In this document: piece after piece, positions 45,033 to 55,884 of the stretch
How positions within the stretch are numbered: the stretch's first letter is position 1
Layout: every line of letters starts with the position of its first letter
Assembly (NCBI GenBank): GCA_047602425.1
Contig: JASGHG010000001.1
Span: forward strand, 4,000,001 to 4,064,000
Source: Nibricoccus sp.
GTDB taxonomy: Bacteria; Verrucomicrobiota; Verrucomicrobiia; Opitutales; Opitutaceae
Direction of reading: 5' to 3'
DNA length: 64,000 bases
Position numbers and translations under genes: made by a program
The notes under the pieces: model-generated
What the model saw: only the letters and a program-made list of their open reading frames with translations
Told to the model about the DNA's origin: nothing
Databases searched by the model: none

Positions 45033-47399
45033 TCAGCGGCCGCGCGCCAATTCGCGGGCTAGCTCAAGATTCTGCCGTACGGCGGGGTCATTCGGCCGGG
45101 CTCGGGCCACGCTTTCATAGTTCGAAACCGCTTCGGTAATTTGACCGGTCATCAATTGGCAATTGGCGAGGTTGTTACGCGCCTGAATGTGGTTCGGCGA
45201 GAGGGTAAGTGTCGCGTTGTATTCAGAAATCGCGGACATGAAATCTCTTCGTTGGGCGAGGAGATTGCCCAAACCAAAATGAGCTTCGGCTGAATCTGAA
45301 TCGAGGCGCAAAGATTCTCGATAGCCGCGTTCTGCTTCAGCCGAATTTCCCTGGGCGGCACGGCGGTTGGCCAAGGCCAAATGCGCTTGGGCCAACGTGG
45401 GTTTCAAGTGGATCGCCGTGTTGAACTCTCGCTCGGCACCTGTGACGTCGCCTTTTTTTTCCAGCACGAGGCCGAGTTGATAGTGGGCTTCCGCAAAGTC
45501 CGGGTCTGCGCTCAGCACTTCACGCAAGGCTATTTCGGCCTCCTTGATTTGACCTCCGGCAAGTAATAGCGCTGCCAGACTGGTTCGGGCATCATGGGCG
45601 TCAGTATCCTCCGCCAGCACTGCCCGGTATTGGGCGACGGCTTCGTCCCCGCGGCCAAGACCATTCAACGCCTGGCCCAGATTCATACGCGCATCGAGAA
45701 AATGCGGGTCGGCCGCAAGGGCGGCTTCGAAATAGGGAACCGATTCTGCCCATTGCCGTTTTGTCAGCCAGATCGTGCCAATTTGAAAATGTGCGAACGC
45801 ATGATTTGGACGGAGCGTGATCGTTCTCTGAAATTCCTGTAATGCTTCGTCGGTGCGACCCTGGCGCAGCAGGGCAATGCCGAGATTATGGTGAGCCCGC
45901 GCGTTATCCGGACGCTTCGTTACCGTGTCATTCCAAAGCGCCAATTCGGATCCATAGACCTTGTTACGCGTGATCGTTGCCGTTGCGAGCGTCACGATGG
46001 CAGCCAACACGATCCCTTGAAAAATCCAGCCAGCCGGCCCAGAGAGGGCAGAAAGGCTTTTTGATTTATTTTCTTTATCGCTGGCGGTTGGTTTAGAATT
46101 TTCTGTCCGACCGGCCTTACCGCTGAAAAAGACGGCGAATTTTTTTCCTGCCATCACGATAAGAAGGATTGGGACAGCGAGCGCCAAATACATGCGGTGC
46201 TCCGCCACGGTTTGCGTCGCGATGGGAACCACGCTCGAACTAGGTGCAAGCACCAAAAAGAAACAAACGGCCAAAAAACCTACAGGCCGATTCCGGACCA
46301 AAGCCCATATCGCGCCTGCGATCAGCCCGGTCAAAAACAAAGACTGCCACCATACCCCGCCGAACCCTGCGACCGTTGGGACGCCATAGTCGAAGATCTG
46401 ACCGACTGGCCAAACGACCAAACCGAGATATCGGACAATCGCATAGCATTGAGTGAGGGTATATGACCAAATTCCGATTTCTCCACCGACGCCGGCGGAC
46501 CCACCTCGACCGTGATTTAGCGTCACCAGAACCGCTAGTAAAAGCCACGTGGCGGCGAGTGCTCCGTAAATGCGCCCCCGGGCTTGCCAAGCGGCGCGAA
46601 AAGAGCCGGCCAGAAAGGTTCGGTCGTAAAGCAAGACAACGACTGGCGCGGCGACGATTGTTTCCTTTGTGCCTGCACCCAGCAGGCAGGCGACAAAGGA
46701 AATGACGAACCATGCCTGAGGGCCTATGCCCCAGCATGATTTTCCGGAGTTGCTCGAAGCTTTGCCTGGAACTTGGCCTTTGCGACGGTTTTTTTGGGGC
46801 TGGTTCGTCTCTGGTGCTGCGTTGTTTTGCCTTTCTGCTCCCCGAATGAAGGCATACAGGGTGGCTAGAAAAAATAATCCGGCGAGCGCCTCCGCGCGTT
46901 GGACCACATACGTGACCGCCGCCGTTTGCAGGGGATGAAGCGCCCACAGAAGCGCGACGGTGAGCGGGAGAAAAAACGCTGAAGGGGTGGTCGATTCATG
47001 ATCTTTATAACCACGCTCGCGAGCCAATTTCGGTGTGCGACGGACGATGCCAAACAAGAGAACTGCAGCACTCGCGTGGATCAAGACGTTGAGCAACCGA
47101 TAGCCCGTGACTTCATTTTCCCCCAAGGCGTAATTTAGCGCAAACGACAGGTTTAGGATCGGTCGTCCGCTCACTGTCTCTCCAGCCGTGGAGGGCGATC
47201 GCAACCAAGTGGGCGGCCACATGCGTCGAATGCTTGCGTTCTCCAAAATGGATGACCGATCGTCGAGTTCGAAAGGCGCGGATAGGCTCCCACACCAAGC
47301 GATTCCCACTGCGACAAAGGTCGTTGCGGCAGCAAACCACGCTTTAACCGTGGTCTTGGCTACAAATGGAACCAGCAATCGGAATACGTGCATGTTCAC
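45033..47399 (-). CDS. TMTC-like GT-C membrane glycosyltransferase with C-terminal TPRs
   Basis: FELDD..I.EN, GRP, YRLLNVLIH, HPLQTAAVTYVVQRAE, TKE, AEHRMYL; about 7-8 TPRs (ARAHHNLG, AEAHYQLG). Confidence 0.85.
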   Translation of the reverse strand: MNMHVFRLLVPFVAKTTVKAWFAAATTFVAVGIAWCGSLSAPFELDDRSSILENASIRRMWPPTWLRSPSTAGETVSGRPILNLSFALNYALGENEVTGYRLLNVLIHASAAVLLFGIVRRTPKLARERGYKDHESTTPSAFFLPLTVALLWALHPLQTAAVTYVVQRAEALAGLFFLATLYAFIRGAERQNNAAPETNQPQKNRRKGQVPGKASSNSGKSCWGIGPQAWFVISFVACLLGAGTKETIVAAPVVVLLYDRTFLAGSFRAAWQARGRIYGALAATWLLLAVLVTLNHGRGGSAGVGGEIGIWSYTLTQCYAIVRYLGLVVWPVGQIFDYGVPTVAGFGGVWWQSLFLTGLIAGAIWALVRNRPVGFLAVCFFLVLAPSSSVVPIATQTVAEHRMYLALAVPILLIVMAGKKFAVFFSGKAGRTENSKPTASDKENKSKSLSALSGPAGWIFQGIVLAAIVTLATATITRNKVYGSELALWNDTVTKRPDNARAHHNLGIALLRQGRTDEALQEFQRTITLRPNHAFAHFQIGTIWLTKRQWAESVPYFEAALAADPHFLDARMNLGQALNGLGRGDEAVAQYRAVLAEDTDAHDARTSLAALLLAGGQIKEAEIALREVLSADPDFAEAHYQLGLVLEKKGDVTGAEREFNTAIHLKPTLAQAHLALANRRAAQGNSAEAERGYRESLRLDSDSAEAHFGLGNLLAQRRDFMSAISEYNATLTLSPNHIQARNNLANCQLMTGQITEAVSNYESVARARPNDPAVRQNLELARELARGR

Positions 47400-47450
47400 G
47401 GATCAACAGGCCAGAAACAGAGGGGACGCTCAAGGTGTCTTTATTCAGGC

Positions 47451-47483
47451 AAAAAAAAGCTCCCGGCGTTGGCCGGGAGCTTT
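47451..47483 (-). terminator. Rho-independent terminator of the TBDR gene
   Basis: Minus strand AAAGCTCCCGGC-CAAC-GCCGGGAGC-TTTTTTTT. Confidence 0.88.
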
Positions 47484-47515
47484 GACACAATCTATAATTT
47501 TTCGAACGAAGCGCC

Positions 47516-50500
47516 TTAGAACGACAATGTTGCAGTGAGGGTATATTGGCGCGGATCGATAATACGGTACGAATAGGGCTGGCCGTCGTAGTTAACCGCA
47601 ACCGGACGTAGGCTGCCGTTTTCAAAGACGTTCGCTACGTTGAGCTGCACTTTCAAATCAACTTTATTACTGAAGATCTTCCGGCGATAGCTAATCCAGA
47701 CATCAGTATAATAGTGGGCATCATCGTACACCGGCTGGGTAGTATCCGACAGGTCCAACGTGGGCTGGCCATTGTAGTAATTCGTGATCAAACCGCTAGC
47801 TTTACCACGATAACCGATGACCGCCTTGTCTTCCCAACGTTCGTTGCCACCGACTCCGAAGCCCTTGAACATACCGCGTTCGAAGCTGTAAGTGGTGAGG
47901 AATGACCAACGATATTTACGTTGGCCCTGAACAGACTGGCCTTGGAGATCGCGGTCGAGCGTGAGTTGAGGCACAACATCACGATTGTAGATGGCCTCTG
48001 GGTTAGCTCCTGCGCTCTCCGGGAATACAGTAGACTGGTAGCCAAAGGAGCTCCAGAAGTTGGTCAGATTCACCGCACGGCCACCGCTGGTAGTGTAGGT
48101 GGCAAGACCTTGGTACTGAGGCAGCAGGTAGTCGGCGGCCCGAGCACTTGTCCAAACTGCCATGCGTTTCGCGATCCACGGAGTGAACTCCTTAAGTACG
48201 CTAGCGTATTTGGTATCTTGTTTACCGAAGGTAAACTTCATCGTCCAGTTTGGAGTCGGATTGTAGTTGATTTCCGCTTCCAAGCCCTTGGCTTCAGCAT
48301 TACGAGTAGCACCCAAGCCGAAGGGAAGTGTGGTGTAATAATCGTACGGCAGTTGCCAGATTACTTGAGCACCGTTCTGCACCTCAAGTTCTTCGGCCGT
48401 ACTAAGAGATTGGCCGAATGTGGTGCTGGTCGGGTCGTAGCGAGCATCCCCTGGGTGTGTCGCTTGCAAGTTAATCATCGTAATCGTGCGGGCCCAATTG
48501 CGGAACAGCGTCTGGTCAACGTTATTATTGAAACGCGTGAAAACCTGAGGCGCAGTGATGTTTTCATTCAGGTTGGAGGCTTTGAACCAAGTCACGCGGG
48601 CGAAAAGCTTGTTATCCAGCAGTGAGAACTGGAAACCGTAATCTTCGCCTTTACCCGTTGGTTTGGGAAGTTGAACACCGAAGGGATCGTTCAACGCGCT
48701 GTCTGGCGGGTTAAAGTTGCTGGACTTATTGTAGCTGATGCCGAAGCTGCGGACAAATTGCCACAGCTGGGAGCCACTCTCAGCTCCGCGTTCGATGCCG
48801 CGCCAGCCTTGGAAAGGACGGAACACACCGCCTGCCGTGAAAGTATCGCCTACGGACTTACCGTAAGGACCCCACCGTTCGAAAAGAAAATCACGCTGAA
48901 AGACACCATTCACCCACTTTTGGGGGTTGGTGATTGCGGGGGCAATGATATTGCCATTTGCATCTTTTACCGCAGCAACACCACTATTGGTTCCGCGTGA
49001 CTTGATGGTATCCCGACGTGCACCAGAAGTGAGGACGAGACGATTGTCCCAAAGGTAATTGGTCATGGCACCGCTGATCGTATTGACCAGGCGCTGCGTG
49101 CGTCCGGTACCTTCTTCACGTTCCCAGAAGCCCGTAGTCATGTTTACGGGTACGAATCTACTTTGATCATAATCATAGACTTGGATATCACCGGTGTAGG
49201 TGAGTGGGTCCCAATAACCACCGGATTGGGTAACTACTCCATTTGGGTCACCTGGATTCGCAAGATAGAAGGTACGACGGATCGAAGTTTGCTGATAAGA
49301 CCAACCCGTAGGATTGCCGGCGGCGTCGTTATTTGGGTTGTTCATAAAGCGATAACGTCCCATGTCGCTTGTGCTTCCGAGATACTGCAAACGTTGGCGA
49401 GAGGTGGTGATCATCGAGTTGTCGCGGGACCAAAGGCCGAGGATCTGATGGCGTCCAAGCCAGTGCTTCCAACCTGTCTCCTTGGTAAAGTCAGGTGTCC
49501 AAGCGATCATCGCCCGGTAGTGGTCGTCCAATTGTTCATTCACGTAACTATCGGGATCGACATCTTGCACGTACGGCTTGCCAAGATACGGATTAAGCGT
49601 GCCATCGGGCAGATACTTGTTCGTATCGACATAAAGCGTGGCTGTGTTGAGTTGGGCCAAGGTGTAGTTGGAGCGTGAGTGGTAGTCTTGGCGGAACCAA
49701 CCAGCGCTTACAAAAAGATCTCCAGGAAGCTGTTGTTCGAGCTCGAGATTGTAATTTGTATTCCGTGCGTTACCGAAGTTCATCGCATTGATGTTAACGC
49801 TGGTCCAATCATAGATGGATTTATCGGTCACGCCGGGGTAACGATAGGAGCTGCCGAGAATGCCATTACCGGCAGCAGTCCACGGACCGGAGGCGGTATA
49901 AGTGCGGGTGTAGATATCCGCCCAAGTGTTATTTAGGTAAACGTTGCCTGCGGTGGGATAAAGCGCGGGGTTGGCGGTCGGATTGGTGGGCGTGCCAAAT
50001 TGAGTCAGATATTGATATTGGTAAGTCGGGCGGAACCAACCGACCACTTGGCCATTAGAAATCTGCATGAAACTGCGGCCCAAATGGACGTCGTTGCCAC
50101 CCGCAATAATGCCTGGAACGTAAAGAATGTTTGGCGAAGCCTGACCGGCGACATAGGCGGTGCCTGCTGCGGTTCCGGCTGGTTGGCCAATGTAACCCGT
50201 GCCTGCCGCAAAAATACTGAAGCCATTGTAGAACGTGAACGTAGTATCCGTTCCACCAAAGACGGTCGCACTGGTGCCACGCAGAGCCGGATTATAACCA
50301 GGGCGGTTGATGATAAAGTTACGCACCGACTGAGCGTAAGGAGTATTCGCATTTTCGTTCACGATCATGCCAAGAGGGGCATTTGTCTGAAGGTTATAAA
50401 TCGTGTGGGTCGTGGCATCGTAATAAGGCTGACCAGCGAGATTCCATTGGGTGACGTAGTCGCGAGGCGTGAGGCTATTGGGGCGATGGTTGTCGTTGTC

Positions 50501-51424
50501 GTATTGTTCGATGTTCGCCTTAATGACCGTCGTCTTGAAGGGCTTTGCGGTGATGGCGCCGTAAAACCGCTTGGTCTTGTCATAGGAAGGTTCGCGCTGG
50601 AAACGGCGGTCGTCATAAACCGCAGCACCATAGATCGCCAATTTGTCTTGAATGAGACCTTGGTTGAAATTGAACGAGCTACGGAAAGATCCGTACTGAT
50701 CGACGCGCATGGAGACCGACGCGCTTCGTTTGTTGAGTTGGGCAGATGCGGTACTTTGGTTAACGATACCGGCCGGGCTTCCCATACCGAACAACATGGA
50801 GTTAGGGCCACGGGTAATTTCTACTGTCGATGTATTGTAAGAATCGAAGGGCAGCGCTCGGATTGTACTGTAGTAGTTGATCGCCGGAGTAGGTGCGCCG
50901 AGGCCACGAACGCGATTAGCACCGGCATTGATGATGTTCGATACTGCACCGCCTTGGGTCGCGCCGGCAACTTGATCAATAAAGCCGTCATTACGCGAGC
51001 TCTGCACATTCGGGGTGTACGTCAGCGAACCTTCCGTGTTCACTTCGTAACGAAAGATATCGTTGATATCGGTCGAAGCGGTGTCCGCCATTTGCTGGGC
51101 CGTAATAACCGATATCGACGAACCCAGGTCCGCCAAATTGGTTTTCATGCGGCTACCAGCGAGGGTGTTCGCTGCAAAGTAACCCTTGTCTTTTGTCGCA
51201 TCGACGGTGAACGGCGAGAGCACGAGAATGTCCTCGTCCTCCACAGACGAACTGGCCGATGGGGGAACGTTTTCTACCGGTATTTTCTTTTCGGGGACAG
51301 CGGGTTCCGCCGCCGGCTTCGGAGCTTCCTGCGCGAGGGCAGTTGCAGTGAGAGCCACGGGCAAAACGCACATGGCGGCCCATTGGCGCCGCCACGGTTG
51401 TAGTAGGGTGGTTGGTGTTTTCAT
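47516..51424 (-). CDS. TonB-dependent receptor (large, Opitutus-type)
   Basis: Signal peptide, DILVLSPFTV TonB-box-like motif, NTLAGSRMKT, plug RVRGL...VEITRGPNSMLFG..SPAGIVN, C-terminal QLNVANVF...PRQYTLTATLSF. Confidence 0.92.
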   Translation of the reverse strand: MKTPTTLLQPWRRQWAAMCVLPVALTATALAQEAPKPAAEPAVPEKKIPVENVPPSASSSVEDEDILVLSPFTVDATKDKGYFAANTLAGSRMKTNLADLGSSISVITAQQMADTASTDINDIFRYEVNTEGSLTYTPNVQSSRNDGFIDQVAGATQGGAVSNIINAGANRVRGLGAPTPAINYYSTIRALPFDSYNTSTVEITRGPNSMLFGMGSPAGIVNQSTASAQLNKRSASVSMRVDQYGSFRSSFNFNQGLIQDKLAIYGAAVYDDRRFQREPSYDKTKRFYGAITAKPFKTTVIKANIEQYDNDNHRPNSLTPRDYVTQWNLAGQPYYDATTHTIYNLQTNAPLGMIVNENANTPYAQSVRNFIINRPGYNPALRGTSATVFGGTDTTFTFYNGFSIFAAGTGYIGQPAGTAAGTAYVAGQASPNILYVPGIIAGGNDVHLGRSFMQISNGQVVGWFRPTYQYQYLTQFGTPTNPTANPALYPTAGNVYLNNTWADIYTRTYTASGPWTAAGNGILGSSYRYPGVTDKSIYDWTSVNINAMNFGNARNTNYNLELEQQLPGDLFVSAGWFRQDYHSRSNYTLAQLNTATLYVDTNKYLPDGTLNPYLGKPYVQDVDPDSYVNEQLDDHYRAMIAWTPDFTKETGWKHWLGRHQILGLWSRDNSMITTSRQRLQYLGSTSDMGRYRFMNNPNNDAAGNPTGWSYQQTSIRRTFYLANPGDPNGVVTQSGGYWDPLTYTGDIQVYDYDQSRFVPVNMTTGFWEREEGTGRTQRLVNTISGAMTNYLWDNRLVLTSGARRDTIKSRGTNSGVAAVKDANGNIIAPAITNPQKWVNGVFQRDFLFERWGPYGKSVGDTFTAGGVFRPFQGWRGIERGAESGSQLWQFVRSFGISYNKSSNFNPPDSALNDPFGVQLPKPTGKGEDYGFQFSLLDNKLFARVTWFKASNLNENITAPQVFTRFNNNVDQTLFRNWARTITMINLQATHPGDARYDPTSTTFGQSLSTAEELEVQNGAQVIWQLPYDYYTTLPFGLGATRNAEAKGLEAEINYNPTPNWTMKFTFGKQDTKYASVLKEFTPWIAKRMAVWTSARAADYLLPQYQGLATYTTSGGRAVNLTNFWSSFGYQSTVFPESAGANPEAIYNRDVVPQLTLDRDLQGQSVQGQRKYRWSFLTTYSFERGMFKGFGVGGNERWEDKAVIGYRGKASGLITNYYNGQPTLDLSDTTQPVYDDAHYYTDVWISYRRKIFSNKVDLKVQLNVANVFENGSLRPVAVNYDGQPYSYRIIDPRQYTLTATLSF

Positions 51425-51736
51425 TATCGGTATTTGTTGGGTAGGGAAAATAACCTCATTGATGCCAATGGCACAACGGCCCCGACGACGATTCGACGAG
51501 ACGAGCTGGCGATTGGGGTGATGTCCGAGCTTGGGCGAACAATGCTATGCTAAAGGGTTACGCTGCTGATATGATCGATTCCAATCAATTGAAACCTTAC
51601 AGTAAGGTGAGCAAAAGCCGTGAGAAGACGAGCCGAAATTTTCAAGGTAACTAGTGAACTGGGAAGGCGTTTTTCAGGCATGGACTGTTGGGAGTTGCAG
51701 GTGACTTTTGCCGGTTCTTCGATTCCGTTTTCTTGA

Positions 51737-53770
51737 ATGCTTTTTCAACTCCAAGCCGATTATAAACCCACGGGTGACCAACCTGAGGCGATCGATAAAC
51801 TCGTTGCGTCCATTCAGGCGGGTAACAAGCACCAGACGCTTCTGGGCGTCACGGGCTCGGGGAAAACGTATACGATGGCCAATATCATCGCGCGGTGTGA
51901 ACGCCCGACGCTGATAATTTCGCATAACAAGACACTAGCGGCACAACTTTACTCGGAGTTTAAGAATTTTTTTCCAAACAACGCCGTCGAATACTTCGTC
52001 AGCTACTACGATTACTACCAACCCGAGGCCTACATCGCGTCGAGCGACACTTACATCGAAAAGGATTCCTCGATTAACGAGGAAATCGAGCGGCTCCGCA
52101 TGGCGGCGACGAGTTCGCTTGTCTCGCGGCGCGACGTGATCGTGGTGGCAAGCGTTTCTTGCATCTATGGACTGGGTTCGCCTGAGGACTTTGCCGAAAT
52201 GCGCATTCCGCTTCGTCGCGGTGTATCGATCGGTCGCAACAAGCTTCTCGAGCGCCTCGTGGATAATCTGTATGACCGCAACGACTACGAGCTGAAACCC
52301 GGCCGTTTTCGCGTTCGCGGCGACGTGGTCGACATCATGCCCGCCTATCTGGAGCAGGGTTTGCGGGTGGAGTTCTTTGGCGATGAAGTTGACGCGCTAT
52401 CCGAATTCGATCCGCTTACGGGCAACGTCATTCGTCCGTTGGACCAATTCGATTTGTATCCGGCTAACCAGTACGTGACGTCCCGCGGCCGGCTCGAAAA
52501 CGCGATCGCCGCGATCAAAAAGGAACTCGACGAACGCGTGGATCTCTTTGAGTCCACCGGGAAGCTCCTTGAGGCGCAGCGCATTCGCATGCGCACGAAC
52601 TACGATTTGGAGATGCTGCAAGAAATGGGGTTTTGCAGCGGCATCGAAAACTACTCGCGGCATCTTACCGGTCGAAAAGCGGGTGACAGGCCTTTCTGCC
52701 TGATCGATTTCTTTCCCAAGGATTTTCTTCTTTTCATCGACGAGAGTCATGCAACCGTGCCGCAGATCGGTGCCATGTACAACGGCGACAAAGCCCGCAA
52801 GCAGACGCTGGTCGACTTCGGCTTCCGCCTGCCGTCGGCCCTCGACAACCGGCCGCAATCCTTCGCGGAATTCACGCAGGTCACAGGCCAGACGCTCTAT
52901 GTTTCGGCCACGCCGGCCAAATTCGAACTGGAAAAATCCGCCGTCGTAGCCGAACAAGTCATTAGGCCCACAGGTTTGCTCGATCCGGAGATCACCATCC
53001 GTCCAACAAAAGGCCAGGTGGAAAACCTCATCGCGGAGGCCAGGCGCGCCGTCGGACAGGGCGAACGCGTGCTCGTGACGACATTGACGAAACGTTTGTC
53101 CGAGGATCTCACCGCGTATCTGCGCGAGGCGAAAGTTCGCGTGGAATATCTCCATTCCGACATCGACGCGATTGAGCGCGTGGAAATTCTTCGCAACCTG
53201 CGTCTGGGCAATTTTGATGTGCTCATTGGCATCAATCTTCTGCGCGAGGGGCTCGATCTACCTGAAGTCGCGCTCGTAGCGATTCTCGACGCGGATAAGG
53301 AAGGGTTTTTGCGCAGCCAGACGAGTCTCGTGCAAACAGCCGGTCGCGCGGCGCGCCATGAAAACGGCCGCGTGATTTTCTACGCTGACAATATCACCGA
53401 TTCGATTCGCGCCACGATGGAGATCACCGCGCGCCGCCGGGAAAAACAACTCGCCTACAACCAGGCGCATGGCATCACGCCGCGCAGTGTGAAACGTGCC
53501 GCGCAAGCCAGCTTGCACGTGTACACCGGCACAGACGAGGAGGAGGCAATCGTAGCCGAGACCTCGCCCGACGAGGTCGCTGTCGTGATTGCGGAGTTGC
53601 AGGACGAGATGACCGAGGCGGCTTCGAATCTGGAATTTGAGCGGGCGGCGCTGTTGCGCGACCAGATTGCGGCGCTGAAAAGCGGCGATTTCAAAAAGCT
53701 TTCAAAGCCGACCAATTCTTCATATCCAAAACGCAAGAAGAGCGGTTTTGCTACGAAGTGGAAACGGTGA
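51737..53770 (+). CDS. uvrB: Excinuclease ABC subunit B
   Basis: [63 protein letters not shown] domain FERAALLRD. Confidence 0.98.
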   Translation: MLFQLQADYKPTGDQPEAIDKLVASIQAGNKHQTLLGVTGSGKTYTMANIIARCERPTLIISHNKTLAAQLYSEFKNFFPNNAVEYFVSYYDYYQPEAYIASSDTYIEKDSSINEEIERLRMAATSSLVSRRDVIVVASVSCIYGLGSPEDFAEMRIPLRRGVSIGRNKLLERLVDNLYDRNDYELKPGRFRVRGDVVDIMPAYLEQGLRVEFFGDEVDALSEFDPLTGNVIRPLDQFDLYPANQYVTSRGRLENAIAAIKKELDERVDLFESTGKLLEAQRIRMRTNYDLEMLQEMGFCSGIENYSRHLTGRKAGDRPFCLIDFFPKDFLLFIDESHATVPQIGAMYNGDKARKQTLVDFGFRLPSALDNRPQSFAEFTQVTGQTLYVSATPAKFELEKSAVVAEQVIRPTGLLDPEITIRPTKGQVENLIAEARRAVGQGERVLVTTLTKRLSEDLTAYLREAKVRVEYLHSDIDAIERVEILRNLRLGNFDVLIGINLLREGLDLPEVALVAILDADKEGFLRSQTSLVQTAGRAARHENGRVIFYADNITDSIRATMEITARRREKQLAYNQAHGITPRSVKRAAQASLHVYTGTDEEEAIVAETSPDEVAVVIAELQDEMTEAASNLEFERAALLRDQIAALKSGDFKKLSKPTNSSYPKRKKSGFATKWKR

Positions 53771-53841
53771 GCAAAAATCCAGAAATCTAGCCATTGCTTA
53801 ACGCTTTTAGGCAAAGAAACTCCCTGTTCGCGCAATTCACA

Positions 53842-54078
53842 GTGAAGAAGCTCTTGATCTCGGCGGTCGTCTGTGTGGCTGCTCTTCCGATTGCCGTAAT
53901 AACTACGTTGTTGCTGGTCCCATTTTGGCGCTGGGTTGAGTCTCGGACGGCTATCGAGTCGATTGGCCACTCAGGACCGTCGGAGTGGTGCTTCGCCGTT
54001 GTTTATGCTCTGATCATCATCGCCAGTTTCACGACATGGTTTATTGCTCGGAGAAAAAAGCCCAACCAACGGCCATAG
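53842..54078 (+). CDS. Small 2-TM hypothetical protein (gene-cassette-like)
   Basis: GTG start; two TM helices flanking IESIGHSGPSEWC; ends KKPNQRP over GCCCAAC. Confidence 0.6.
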   Translation: MKKLLISAVVCVAALPIAVITTLLLVPFWRWVESRTAIESIGHSGPSEWCFAVVYALIIIASFTTWFIARRKKPNQRP

Positions 54079-54239
54079 TGCACTACCGGGGTTGCGTCCT
54101 CTTCATCTGTTGAGCCATCTCTTGATGGGGCGGAAAATAAATTGGACGGACTAAAGGTGGCTTTTCTGCGATAGCTCTTAATAAGTGTTGGTCGTTTGTC
54201 ATAAGTTATTAATTCTGCTGACGAATTTCTCCCTGTATT

Positions 54240-55049
54240 ATGCGCATTGCCGTTCTCGCTGATATTCACGGAAACCTGCTCGCACTGAAAGCCGCGCTCG
54301 TGCATGTCGAAACGCTTCATGTCGATCGCATCGTCGTTTTGGGCGATATTGTTGTTGGCGCCCCGGATTCACTGGCTTGCTGGGAATTGGTGAAATCGCT
54401 CGGTTGTCCCGTGCTGCGTGGCAATCACGAACGTTATGTTTTCGATCTTGGCACGGACCGCGCGAGTCCCGAATGGAGCACGGCCCAGTTTGGACCGGTG
54501 CATTTTGCGGCGTCGCAACTCGGCGAGCAGATGCGCCGGGAACTGGCGGCGTTGCCGACGACGCTTTGGCTGCCTGAGGCGCCTGATGTGCTTTTTGTCC
54601 ATGGTTCGGCACGCAACGATACCGACCTGATTTTTCCTTACACGAGCGAGGCGGAGATTGAGCCGATGTTTGCCGGAGCGACTGAGCGCTGGCTGTTGCG
54701 CGGCCACAACCATTTTGCGGGCGTAAGATTTTGGGGAAAGCGACGGATCGTAACGGTTGGTTCGGTGGGATTGCCGCTCGACGGAACGCCGGGCGCGCAA
54801 TATTCCGTGTTGGAGAACTCCGGCGCCGATTGGTCGGTGCGGCAGTATTCCATTCCCTACGACATCGAGGCGGCGGTGCGTCGTTTCAAGGATTCAGGTT
54901 ATCTCGACGAAGCCGGTCCGATGGCGCGACTTTTCATGCGCGAAGTTGAAACGGCGGCATTCCACGTCATGCCATTTTTGAAGTGGTGGAAGACGAACGC
55001 GGCATATCCGCTGGCCGACGCCACGGAGCAGTTTTTCCGCAGGCGATAA
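54240..55049 (+). CDS. Metallophosphoesterase (calcineurin-like, YfcE/MJ0912-type)
   Basis: DIHGN, LGD, RGNHE, VHGS, GHNH, GSVG.P.DG. Confidence 0.92.
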   Translation: MRIAVLADIHGNLLALKAALVHVETLHVDRIVVLGDIVVGAPDSLACWELVKSLGCPVLRGNHERYVFDLGTDRASPEWSTAQFGPVHFAASQLGEQMRRELAALPTTLWLPEAPDVLFVHGSARNDTDLIFPYTSEAEIEPMFAGATERWLLRGHNHFAGVRFWGKRRIVTVGSVGLPLDGTPGAQYSVLENSGADWSVRQYSIPYDIEAAVRRFKDSGYLDEAGPMARLFMREVETAAFHVMPFLKWWKTNAAYPLADATEQFFRRR

Positions 55050-55222
55050 CAAATCGCGTGGAACAGAGCGGTACGCTGCCGCCGTGCCGCGATGTTGATC
55101 AGAGAACCTTCGTGCATTCGTCGACTGTTGAGGAGTTTAGATATTGAAAGGCATGTGCTTATGTTTGGCGTGGCGACGTTTGCTGACTTGAGCCCGTTTC
55201 AGCGCGGCTGCTCAATTTTTGT

Positions 55223-55249
55223 GTAAACCTTCACGTCGGTTCCAGCGTC
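55223..55249 (+). promoter_or_regulatory. ECF-sigma-type promoter candidate
   Basis: GTAAAC-N17-CGTC upstream of the TonB-C gene. Confidence 0.4.
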
Positions 55250-55330
55250 TTACAAAAAACAGAGTATGTTATGGCGCCTCGGGTACTCCGGGGGGCCCGG
55301 CTTCCTCTTAACCAACGCTCTGACTCGAAA

Positions 55331-55717
55331 ATGACTCGAATCGCTTCCATGTGTTTTTCACGGCGCATCAACTTCCTGCACCTGCTGGCGGTTGTGGCCC
55401 TGTTCCCGTTTCAGCTTTTTGCTGACGATACCATTTACACCGTCGTGGACGTAAATCCCGTGCCGGTCAAAACCCCGCCGCCGGAGTATCCAGAGGATCT
55501 AAAACGCTTGGGGGTCAACGGCGTTGTCGCCGTGTCCATCGTCATCGACGAAAAAGGAAAAGTGATGACCGCGACGATTGCGAAGTCATCGCGCCGCGAG
55601 TTTGAAACGGCGGCGCTCGACGCGATCAAGAAGTGGACTTTTAAACCCGCGAAAAAAGATGGTGTGGCCGTGAAGGTGCGGGTGACCATCCCCTTGCGTT
55701 TCGATCTGGAGGACTAG
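55331..55717 (+). CDS. Short TonB C-terminal domain protein
   Basis: Signal or TM segment, then PPEYP...GVVAVSIVIDEKGKV...ALDAIKKWTFKPAKKDG.V. Start uncertain (55271, 55331 or 55349). Confidence 0.88.
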   Translation: MTRIASMCFSRRINFLHLLAVVALFPFQLFADDTIYTVVDVNPVPVKTPPPEYPEDLKRLGVNGVVAVSIVIDEKGKVMTATIAKSSRREFETAALDAIKKWTFKPAKKDGVAVKVRVTIPLRFDLED

Positions 55718-55771
55718 TCAGCTCCAACGCCTTTTGCGCGCGAAGCGAAGGCATCGGGAACACGACTGAGG

Positions 55772-55804
55772 ACGGTACGTTTTTTTCAACGTACCGTTTA
55801 TTTT
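55772..55804 (+). terminator. Hairpin, probable terminator
   Basis: ACGGTACGTT-N6-AACGTACCGT followed by TTATTTT. Confidence 0.6.
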
Positions 55805-55884
55805 GTGGTACGGTCGGATGGTTTCGGCTCGCAGCCGAACAAACCTTGATCTGCCAAAACGCTTCGGCCTAGTATGGCTGGGCA

